Assembly: GCA_040954595.2 (NCBI GenBank)
Contig: CM082588.2
Location: forward strand, 3,494,513 to 3,558,512
Origin: Balanoglossus misakiensis
Taxonomy: Eukaryota > Animalia > Hemichordata
Reading direction: 5' to 3'
DNA length: 64,000 nucleotides
Made by a program: the position numbers and the translations under genes. The notes beneath the pieces are model-generated. The model did no database searches and was not told where the DNA came from. It saw only the letters and a program-made list of their open reading frames with translations. Of this stretch, positions 1-11,200 are shown piece after piece. Every line of letters starts with the position of its first letter. The stretch's first letter is position 1.

Positions 1-2
1 CG

Positions 3-233
3 ACGCCAGGTGTCATCGGAGCCCAGGAAATCTACAACGATCCAAGAGCCCGCATCCAGGCAATGCAAGCGGCACAGAAGCAGAAGAGTGCGGTTCCCGA
101 CAGGATGTCCTTCAGAGACAAAATGAAAATGTTTGCTGATGAAATCGGCGAGGGCTCACCACAAGAGAAACCTAAAACCTCAAAGTGGGAGAGAGACTTT
201 CTGGCACTGAATACAAGCCTGAACGGAACATGA
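3..233 (+). CDS. AFDN: Afadin/canoe, terminal coding exon (5' part outside window)
   Basis: Frame 3 reads TPGVIGAQEIYNDPR...PDRMSFRDKMKMF...LNGT*, resembling the afadin/canoe C-terminal actin-binding region. It is followed by about 1.9 kb of AT-rich 3'UTR-like sequence with AATAAA at 2129-2134. Confidence 0.8.
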   Translation, partial: TPGVIGAQEIYNDPRARIQAMQAAQKQKSAVPDRMSFRDKMKMFADEIGEGSPQEKPKTSKWERDFLALNTSLNGT

Positions 234-2427
234 GAAGGAGACCGTGAATTGTGTTTCTATCAAGGACATATCTTTGTGGACAGCTGCAAGCATGTGTAGA
301 GATGTCTTCCTCTTTCAAAATGACAATTTTCTGGACCCTTTTTGTTGAAAGACTTTACAGTCTTTCTGCTGGAAATAGAAGCAATGTACGTTGTCTAACA
401 TTTTCATTGACTTTTTTTATTGTATAAGGAGGTTCGCGTTAATCATTTGGTTATACCTTTGAGAAATCAACACTCTGATGATAGCATTTTAAATGGAAGT
501 TGGGAAATTTTTAATGGGGCACTTTGGGCAGCAAGGCTTCTGAAATTATCGTGAATGGGCTAACCTACAAGGAAGGGGCATATCATCTACTTCAGAAAAA
601 GAGGGTTTTTTTTGAGAAAAAAAAGGCAAGAAAATAAGATTTAAAAAAATGAAAACTGGGCGTTCTAAACCAAATTATTTTTGTTTTATAGAAAATAGAC
701 AAGTACTAAAAACATTGACCCAGACCCCCTATGTATATGTAGAGTTAGAAAAAGCCCCCTTAGTAGAATGTAAAATTTGAAGAAAATGCCCTGTGTGTAT
801 AAAAAGCTTCAACTGGCACAATTTACATGTCTAGAGCGTTCCTTTTTGTATGGTTGGGTGTGTGCCAGCAACACAGAAACTTTAACATTAATCCTCATTG
901 TCTACAACTAATTTTTCCACTGAAATAGACATAGAAGTACAGTAGCGAAATCGCCCATCTGTGTGTATATACTAAAAAAAGATTAATTTTCTAATTAAGG
1001 TTCAAGAACAGAAATTGTCAATTATATTTTGTAAGATAAAAAGTGTGCTCCATATTGGGTGGTCTGGAGTGATAGTAGTAAAAGATGGGTTGAGGTTCTG
1101 AACCCTAAAATGTATCTGAAAGGCAGTGCTAGTTTGGCATTCAAATGGCTGTGAAAAGTAAAACTAAAGTTCAAGATTATTTATGACCTTAAGTTCGTTC
1201 CACAGGTTAGTTTCCATAAGAAAATAGATAACTAGCTAAATCTGACATTTTTTTCCTTTTCTGTTTTAAACAAATGTGAAAATGATATTTTTTGTTCAGT
1301 TTGTGTCAGGCTTTTTTCAGATGAGAATTGTTTTTATGAATTGTCATTTTCACAGCTAGGATATATTGTAATCTTTAGACAGAATTTGAATGTCACTACA
1401 CAACCAGTATGAGAATTAGATAAGCTGTCTGAAGACAGACCCGGGCATTTCGTCCCGAGTGAGGTTTCTAGGTAATGTTAGATTGTGAGAAACATTGATG
1501 CAGTTTGTATAAAGTGTTTTCGCAACTTCTGCCTATGTGAGGAAGGAAAAATGGTTGATATAGTTCATTGACTCAGTTTTCTTTTGATTTGATGTTGAAT
1601 TGCGTCATGTATGAAATTGTACTGCGCTTGCTGCGGTAGTCTGCGTTGCCAGTAGTTTTTGTGGGTGCAGCAAACAGTATTCCACTTTGACCCATAGCGT
1701 AGAAGTTAGCAAGCAATTTTTTTCTCAATGAGAACTCAAATTTTGAAACGCTCTGGGCTAAATTAATTGCCTGGTTTAGTATAAATTTTCTAGTTCAAAA
1801 ACAGGTTTGAAATGTTTCGATTGATGTGAGGTAGGAGGTCGTGTAAAGGATTGTGGGTCAAGTAGTCCAAAATATGGGGGTGAGGTAATTACTATTTTAT
1901 TGAGAATCATGGTATATACAGGGCATGCATGGCCATCTTTCTATTTTTTATATGAACTGGTTTTTACTGACAGTTGTAGAGCTGAATAGAACGCTTCAAA
2001 AATGTAGTCAGCTAGAGTGACTTCAGCACTCTCTGATTTGAACTGTATAGTGTCTTAAGTATTATTAATGAAAAAAATATTGTTCCATGTTTTTAAAAAT
2101 CATATACAGTGTAATGTTTATCATTATAAATAAATGCACTTCAAAAATATGTTGGAATGTTGTGTGTTCATAATATTTACCTGTGCTTGTGTCATCAGGC
2201 CCAGTGCGAAAGTATGCAAACCTGAACTGTGAAGGCACTTTCATTGGGAATTGCCCAGAAAGTGCAAAGACAAGAAATGCAGACAAAGGGTGTTTGCTTT
2301 TAGAAAAACTATTTTATTGCAACTGAACAGCAACATGCTGCCTTGTCAACTTAAACTTTAAGTGGCCCCTTACAAATTCTCCATGGTCAAACGTATATGA
2401 GTAGTGTCTCAATTATGAAGTTTTTTT

Positions 2428-3387
2428 TCAGTCACTGTCACAGTGAAAGTCTGGTTCTGTTCTGCCTGCAGTGATGGCATCAATCAGCATATGCTCTGGC
2501 ATCTCTGAACCTCTGACCTGCAAGGTGTAGCAGGCGTTTTCTACCTTCTGCAGACTTTGCCTCAGCACTGCCACTTTGCGTGTGATTTCTCGGGTTGCCA
2601 GGTTACCAAAGGATTGATACCCCTGGTAGACATCACGCATGAAGGCGACCAGCTCAAATGGCGCGTTAGTGTCTCCGTTGCCTATGCTGTTGATGCAGTA
2701 TCTCATCAACTCTCCTGTTAGGTCAGCCAGTCCGAGAACAAATTCAGTTGGAGGTACATAAACAGTGGTTTCTAAGCACTGAGTTTTCTTGGGCTGCTGT
2801 GTTTGGTGTTCATTTCCGGATGACACATCAGAACTTTCCTCGTCATCTGCTTCGGTTCCTTCTTTCCGCTCTACTGGAGCGTCGACGACGAACTTCAACT
2901 CCTTCTGAATTTCATCTAACTGCACCAGTTCACCCCTCTTCAGGTAAACCCAGAAAGCTACAGCTTCGATGTACTCCTGAAGACCCGCCGAAAACGCCCT
3001 CAAGAACCGGTACGGATCTTCTCCATGTAACTCGCTTGAAATTTTCTTAAAATATTTCTCGTTTATTTCCTTTATCTTAGTCTCGGCCTCTTCCAAGACT
3101 TCATCTTTGCTTCTGCTGTGGACCCGATGCAAGAGAAATATCACTCGTTTGCTTTCTATGGTAATGTCTCGACTCAGTTTGACTAACCGTTCGTGTTTGT
3201 CGTGTCTTCGATCCAGGTCGTCCTGGAAGCCCCTGAAACACTTGATGACGAACGAGTTCTCGTCAACTGGCTTTGCCCGGACGTTCCTTTTCTCGTACAA
3301 CGGTCGTGAGTGCCTGGAATCTCCTCTACGGTTTCGCTTGGACCCCTTTCCTCCACCGTACCCACCACCACGCATGGAAGACGCCAT
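2428..3387 (-). CDS. TSNAX: Translin-associated factor X (TRAX), single exon
   Basis: Uninterrupted ORF with HDKHERLVKLSRDITIESKRVIFLLHR, GLQEYIEA, GLADLTGELMR and SLQKVENACY; the acidic catalytic residues are present. Start ATG at 3387 (AAAATGGCG). Minus-strand AATAAA at 2313-2318. Confidence 0.95.
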   Translation of the reverse strand: MASSMRGGGYGGGKGSKRNRRGDSRHSRPLYEKRNVRAKPVDENSFVIKCFRGFQDDLDRRHDKHERLVKLSRDITIESKRVIFLLHRVHSRSKDEVLEEAETKIKEINEKYFKKISSELHGEDPYRFLRAFSAGLQEYIEAVAFWVYLKRGELVQLDEIQKELKFVVDAPVERKEGTEADDEESSDVSSGNEHQTQQPKKTQCLETTVYVPPTEFVLGLADLTGELMRYCINSIGNGDTNAPFELVAFMRDVYQGYQSFGNLATREITRKVAVLRQSLQKVENACYTLQVRGSEMPEHMLIDAITAGRTEPDFHCDSD

Positions 3388-3718
3388 TTTGGTCAAATAT
3401 GCACGATTTTGGTAAGCACAGGATTCAGATTGGTTTTCGGATACCGTTATTCTGAATCTGAATCCGACTTGTTCTTTGCCTTTTGTTCGCCCTCTAGAGG
3501 CTAATAAGAAAATTGAAGACGTGTGATTTGAGCCTCGTTTATTTTTGCACGAGTCGAGATTTGACTAGAAATGGGACAACGGCACTGCTAGGAATTCATT
3601 TCTTTTAATAAAATTCCAAGTTGAAATACAGAGTCACATTTTGTGCCATGATTTCATTGGCAAAATTGATTGACAGCGAAGTAGTGGGACTCATAATTTT
3701 TACAAAACAGACTGCAGT

Positions 3719-6700
3719 TCATCCATCTGTTTTCTGTTTTTTCTTGTTTCTCTTTTGCCTTTTCTGTCTTTTCTTGTCATTATCACTCAGTTTCACTTCT
3801 CCACTTTCGCTGATTTGATGTCCCGCCTTAGGTTTGCTCCTCTCTTTGTTTTCCAGCGCTTCCTCTGCCGTGATTGGTGGAATGATGACGCCGAGTTTTG
3901 TGCTGACTTTGGGCTTGGTCAGTCTCTTGAAGGCTGATTCCGTGTTCCAAGTTCGTCCAACGGGCTGACGGATGCTACGCTCAAATTGTTCTGCACTCGT
4001 GTATGGAAAAGGCAACTCGTTCACCTGAGAAATGGAGCCATATGTATGGTGTAAGAGTCGAGAACTGAAATCAACAGGAAGTAAGATTCTATCACTTGAA
4101 AACTGATTTTATACTCCTTGTCTATAAGTTTCTATGACATCCAAGAAACTTACCTGGTGCATAGCAACTTTCTTATCTCGATCTTCATTGATGATGACAT
4201 GTGATAGAAGTCTGTCTTTTCTTGGAGCTTGGGGAGGCGGCTTGACAACAAATCTATAAAAGAATGACACCGAAATTCAGTTTTTGCTGAAACATAATTC
4301 ATTAGAGATACTCTGGTTGAACATAGAGTATGATTATTAAACATCTCAATGATGTAATTTTTGGTATGGACCAGATTTCTGTCATCACAAGGTATTTACA
4401 TGTCATTTGAAGTATAGTTTTAACACACAAAGAGACACTTACTTCTTTCTTTTTCTTTTGCTGGGTTGAACACCCGCCCCTCCCCATTCCCCCCACCCAG
4501 GCAGGGAGAGATCAACTTCCTTTGGCTTGTCCTGTTCCACTTTGTCAAGTTTTTCCCTGGAGAAATCTGCCACCACATCATCGTCGGCAAACGCCTGCTG
4601 GATGTTCAGTCTCTGGTCATCCTCTTCTTCAAGTTCGTCTTGAACGACTGCAAGGTCTGGGTTCTCCGAGGACAGAGTTTTGGCTTCAATGGTGAAAAAT
4701 TTAGAGGGATCCACATGGACCTCCTCTGAGACTGCCTTGTCATTTTCATGCAAATTAGTCCTATTTTCCTCCACAGAAGTCCTGTTCTCGTTTCTGATCT
4801 GAATCTCTTCATCATCAGAATCATCATCGTCATCATTTACTTCACGCCTGTGTTTAACCACTGGTTGCCATGGTTTTTTATCTTTCTTCTTCTCCTCTTT
4901 GACTTCCTCTGTCTCCTCTTCCTCCTCTGCACTTGACAGCTGTTCATCAAAGAAGCGGACTTTCCTTGTGGGCTTTGGACGTGACAGACTCGTCAATCTC
5001 TTCTCATCACCTGACTCTGCACTATCATCGCCATCATCATCTTTTGGTGCTCTTATTTCCGGCAGTCGCATAGCCACTACCTTGTCACTCTTCGGTTCTG
5101 TCTCACGCTCTTTTCCCAAGTTCGGTTGCCCGGCAAACCAGGGATTATTGACATCGCTGAGACTGGGTTTCAGAGACGCCATCTGCTCATCCTCGTCATT
5201 CTGTGCTTCGTCTTCGGAATCCGATTCGAGGGTGGCCGCGATCTTCGTGGTCAGACTTCTACTCTTTTCCAGTTGATCCGTGACAGCTTTCACACTCTGT
5301 AAGCCACAGATGCACAAATCATATCAGAAAATGCAATCAACACTGGACAACGTACTTGCAAGTTCTCACCAAGTGCTTCCAAGCACAGAACACACATGTT
5401 GTTTATGTTTCTCGCATTCATACTTTAAGCAATACACAACTTCAGAGGACAATAACATGTTCTTACATCTGGATTGTACTTTGCAAATCTTGACACACTC
5501 TTGGCCCACTTTCCAGTATTCTTGTGTTTCAACGTCAGTCGCTCCTGAAAATGAGAGAAAATGTGAATGTCTAATCGTACATTTAATTTCCAGTCCGATA
5601 CAAAATAAGGTCTCAACATGGAGGTTCCGTAGATGTCATAATACACGAATGCCCACCTCTGCTCTGGCCTTTTCAACTTTTTGGACATACTGTTGGTATG
5701 CCTCTGGATCTGTTCGCTCCATCTCTTCCAGTTGTCTCTTCTCTGTTCTGTCCTTGGCTTTCTTCTGAATTCGATGGTATCTATCGATAAACCGGTGAGA
5801 TGTGTTTAATACTGTCCTCCGCCAACCTGAGAGCTTACTGCACTGGACCTCACATCAAGAATGTAAGAGTTTTCCCTTAATATCTTGAGAGATATACAGT
5901 CGTTACCATGAAAATATTTTTACAAATCCTCTACTCACTTTTTACTTTTGATCTTCTTCTGTCTCCTACATTTACTTTCATAATATGACTGCAGTGCTCT
6001 CATCTTCTGCAATTCTTTGCGTCTTTCTCGAGCCTGCAAGATAATTGTATTACGGCACTTTATTTCAGAAGCACAGAAATGTGCTGTAATATAAAAGAAT
6101 CATTCAGGAAACAACTGCACCAAACATGGAACTATTTTCAGTGTCATTACCTCTTCTACGCTCATGGCTTTCAGAGCCTCTTCTTCTGCCTGGCTGAGTT
6201 CTTGGTTGGGCCTCTCGGCAAATTTACTGCCTTGCAGTACTCTGTAGATTTCTTCCTCCAAAGAATTACCAGGCTGTTGGGGGAAAACAATGGTTAATGG
6301 ACTCCTAAAACCAATATGAAGTGAAATATGAGACCTGTCAAATTGTAAAATTCACCTTGAAACCCTTGACAAACTCCTCAGTGGTGGCTGCTTCAAACTT
6401 CTCTTCATAAAGTGGAAAAGACAGATGTTCTGCTTTTTTGTTGGCCCCAACAATGGGATCCCATTTGGAGATCTTCTTGACTGTGGATTCGTACGCAATG
6501 CTTCTTTGAATCTGTAATAAGAGAAAATAAAATTCTCTTTCTTAAACAGCGCTTTGAACATGGTCAGGTCACTTCAACATGACTTTTATTACTTTTTTTC
6601 TTGAAATAAGAATTGATTATTATTCTATCTTTTCCCACTTACCCTGTCAGCCTGTACTTTTGGCAAAGGTGTTTTCACTTTTTTGTTCTTCTTTTGAATT

Positions 6701-7886
6701 TTCTGGAGCTGTTTCTTCAATTCACCATGGCTGGCCGTTGACTTGAGTGTGCCGAGCAACTCATGGATTTTGATTTTCTTTCCAGTAACTGAAGGAAACC
6801 AGAACCCACATGTGTTGTTTATATCTGAGTAAATTTTGGTGATAATTTCCACAATACTATCACATATATTTTTCTTACCTGCACTGGTGTTCAGATTGAA
6901 AACAGACACCTCTTGACTTGGCTCTGAGCGCTGACGCTTCCTGAAGGACAAACATAATTATGAACAACTTTTCATGAAACTGAAAAATTTAATATCACTG
7001 CCACAAAATGACAGAGACATGCCACCCTGTGAAATGTTACATTTGTTTTCTGCAGTTCATACGTAAGGTTTGTAGTTGTACTTAATTTAAACACTTTTTG
7101 ACCATGGGATCATTTTCAGATTTAAATTGGTGGATAAAAATGATGGCATCCTTACTTTCTCTTTCCATCAAGAGCACTGATGGCATTTATCAAATTCTTG
7201 TGTTTGAAATCTCTGTCTTCTTCCTGAAACATAAAAAATAGCAACACTCATGAAAAGTTTAAATAGATGATTTTCATCTCACTGCAAGATCTCCGGAGAC
7301 TTGCTTTATTACCATAGCAACGAGTTGCTAGCCAAGTAAAACACACTTTGTATGAAACTATATGGGCTATTGTGGTAAATGCTGCATACCTCATTTTCAC
7401 TCTCATCAGTGTCCTCTCTCGTTTCTTCAGCACTGACAATGTCATCATCATCACCACCATTATCAGAGTCCAGGTTGTTTGATAGTCCAGTACTGTGTAT
7501 GTTATGGATGAATTTACAATGTTAAAATTTGTAATATTACTTGATGCATTATCAATCGGTCCATACAAGACCAACGATCAACATTTACACTACAGCTACC
7601 ACGTTAGAGCTAGCATGGAGCTACCACATGGTTTGAGGTAGCTCCATAGACCACTGTGTACAGTTTACCGGTACACTATCATATGCACCTCTCTAACAGT
7701 AACAGCCAACCTCTGTGACACGATCGGAACAACTTACGCCCGTACAATTGGACATCCACTGAGTACATGGGTTAAGCTTGACGGCAACTATCATTCTGGT
7801 AGAGAAGCGAGCCAAAATGTGCTCAGAACACAAAGAACTGCCAGGATTTTCACCCCTTACCTCAAGAGCTGCAACGCACTAGCCAT
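3719..7886 (-). CDS. UTP14: U3 snoRNA-associated protein 14, about 13 coding exons
   Basis: Motifs RLTLKHKNTGKWAK, QQAFADDDVVADF, LPGWGEWGG and LPFPYTSAEQFERSIRQPVGRTWNT. First exon ATG at 7886 followed by a gtaag donor at 7860; GT-AG introns throughout. Confidence 0.93.
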
Positions 7887-8207
7887 CTTGCAATGCACAC
7901 GTGAGTATTTCGCCCTCTATCAGCTTGCCGTAATATTGTGAATGTCGTAAAACCAGTGAAAGCAGCCAATAAACGATACGAATATATTATAATGAATTGG
8001 TTTTGCTAAAGAAACACATACGTTTCACCAAAATAAAATAAGTTATCAAATCTGTGAAAGAATATTAAAATTTCTACAAATAAATGACTGTCGTTAAAAG
8101 TTATTATGGTTGACTGTCCCTTTAACTCCATTTGTCAGAATCAAAGATGGCGGCTATCGTCAACATATGAAGTGAGGTTTCTCCGAAAGTGAACAACAGG
8201 GTTAATT
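7887..8207. promoter_or_regulatory. Putative bidirectional promoter UTP14/SENP
   Basis: About 320 bp between divergent start codons. Contains CCAAT near 7966 and a YY1-like AAGATGGCGGC at 8144-8154. Confidence 0.6.
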
Positions 8208-11200
8208 ATGTCGAATTTACTGAAAGGTAAGCTGCAGAAAGGATTGCCTTTGATGATATGGCACAACGTGAAATCTTCGATTCCCTCCTGTACTGCAATA
8301 TACGGCGTGCAACACGCACGGACTCATCCAATCATGCGATATACGATACCCTACTGTTGCAGCTGGACTGGCAGTGTCACAGTATGATAATCCTCAGAAC
8401 AAGACGACATCTCTTAATGGCCATGAAACATGTAATTTAACACATGCATGGAGAACATTATTCATAGACTGAGACATCATCTTGTTCTGGGGGGAAATAG
8501 TGAACTGTAAGATATTGCCCAAATACAGTGATTGTTGATTTCAAGGGGATACCCCTATGTCACATTTCTCTATGCAGTGCAGTCACATTGTACCTTGAAT
8601 GAGAGGGAGACAAAATATCACAAATGTGGTGTGTGAGATGCCCCCTCAGTTAGTGATGTATCGTTGTTCACTGTTACTTTGTGCAGGACTGTCTAGTGCT
8701 GATGCGGACCCAGCTGCAGGCTATGAGCCATCCTACAGATACTTCAATCAAGAGGAGGATGAGGCTGAACAGCCAGGACACTGGACAGTGACCGGCCAGC
8801 ACTCTCCCAAACACCACTGTGTGGACGAAACAGATAATGCCATTGCAGAATCCAGTGCTGATGAGTATGTGTCTGTTTCCATAGTGACTGCATCTTATTC
8901 TTTGATGTGTGAGATCAAAATTTGCATATTGTATATATTGATTTTTTTAAAGAAATTATAAAGGAATGAGCATTTCCTCAGAAATAAGGTTTTCTCTTTA
9001 AACATTGTAAAGTTGTATAGCTTGAGTTATCAAATGTTAAGATTTTACTCTGTTTACTTCACAGTGATTTAATTATAGTTGAACAGGATTCCTATCGTCT
9101 ATGTTCAGACAGCTCGAGGACTACAAGAAAGAATGTTCTCGGGAATATTCACAGGAATCCAGGTGTAAGTTTTCTGGAATAGATTTTTATTCGAATAGGC
9201 TTATGTATATCTGTGAGTTTTATGGCAATCACAGGTGATTGTAAAACACATGCTGCTATCTGTCCAAAATAAATATCCATTCAGATGAAGACTGATGAGA
9301 CTGGTGGCAAATATGTTTAAAGCAGTGTTTTCAGATCATAATTTATTGCTGTACCGAGCTTCCGATAACAGGTATTTTACTGATATTCTTGGGTCATTAG
9401 AATTATGATTCCACTTCATCAAGTTTTAAAATACCGAAAAAACAACCGGACTCCGAAGTGGATTCCGGGAATGAAGACCGGCAAACAAAACGGAGCAGCA
9501 GTCCCGTCTTTCCGATAGTTCCGCCGCTTGGGGGAGGAGATGGACTGAAGAGGAAAGTGCGATCGACGCGTGCTCCTCAGAAAGGATGGTTGATAGAGAA
9601 GTCGTTCAAGGGCAATGCAACCGGCTGCCACATGAAGGGAATAAGAAGTGCGTCCAGGGGAGGGGGAGTGATTCGAGGTCCAGGAGACCGTGCCAAGACT
9701 GCAACTTTTAGTCCTCAGTAAGTGCCATAAGCATTAATTTGAATCCGTGCTCTGAATGACACACATACATGCAAGTTAGTTTTCTCTTATTCACACAGAC
9801 ACAGACCAGTGTGATTACTATACAAAACAGAAATTCTACAACAAATGTTCTCACAAGTCAACAGGTCCATTTGAAAACTGCCTTCTGAGCGCAAGCTAAT
9901 GTAGCCACCTCCCTATGTTCTGTCAACAGGAAGTACTTAACCGTGTACCTGGACAAGTGTGACAGCCCAACGAAGGGTAGAATAACTTTGCCAAGCAGTC
10001 ACAGGAAATATTCGCCATGCCCCAGCACCAGCACATGTAACCACAATACGAAAACTAATGGCGGGCTTTGGAAATACTCAGCACCGAGTCCACCAGCAGC
10101 AAGGTAAAAAATTATTTGCACTATAAAGTACAGTTTATACAGATATATATTTATTCTTTGTATCAAATATATTACATTATTGGGACGTGTGGCATTGTAC
10201 AAGTTGCGTGAGAGGGATTGTATTCACAAAGTTTCTTGTAAGTCATATCAATGCATGAATTCCCTTCAATAATACCCTATTAATTCTATCTCATCCACTT
10301 TTCAGGCAAAATCATAGTGATAAAATTCATACAGTGGAAATTCCTGATGACGACTGCAGTCCTGTTAATCAAGGTAAAAGCATTTATTTCTGGCATGATT
10401 TCAGAAAGTGTATTGAATATTTTATGTAGATTTTCTGCCAACAGAAATGATTACTTCTTACCAATGCTGTCGTTCATGTCACAGATACTAGAAAGGATGT
10501 GGCTTATAGGGAGCAAGAAATTTCTCTGAATCAAAAGGATATTACCAGAAAAGAAAGATTGGTCTCAAAACAAACAGACGTCACCAGTAAGGTCGGGGAT
10601 GGGCCAGCTGAAATAGAAGTCAGTGGAAAGACAGAATGTGCTGATATCACCTCAAAGATGGAAGATGTTGCGGTCAAAGACAGCGAAGAAGAAATGGAAA
10701 CATACGCTGTATGTGCTCATTGTGGAAGTACCTCGCACAATTTACAGAAATGTGACTATAGCCAGTGTGGCAAGCCTATAGACCCCAGTAGAATCAGGAA
10801 AAGGAAGAAGAGAAAACCTGTGGACAAGACGGAAGCGAGCACAAGTCAGGGAACACTGACTGGTGTAATAACTAAGAATTTTTACGGGAAAGCTCTGGCA
10901 GACATATCAAGTTCGTACCGGAGCGACAATGAAAGTCCCACTTTCCCGGTGAAACCTATCAAGACAATTAAAACTTATCCTGGAAAGAGGAGTTTGCCAC
11001 AGCAAAGGAATTATAGAGGTCAGCGATCAGTCAGAGCTGTGAGCACCAGGGGAAGGAGGAAACTCGCAGTGCCATCCGAACCAGGTAAGTACTCTTGATG
11101 TTATTTTGGGCACTTTTGTTGTCATACTTTGTCTATTTGTGACATTGTTTGGATATATGTTTGAGTAAACTGCTAAGTTAAGGTATCCATGCAACCAGTG

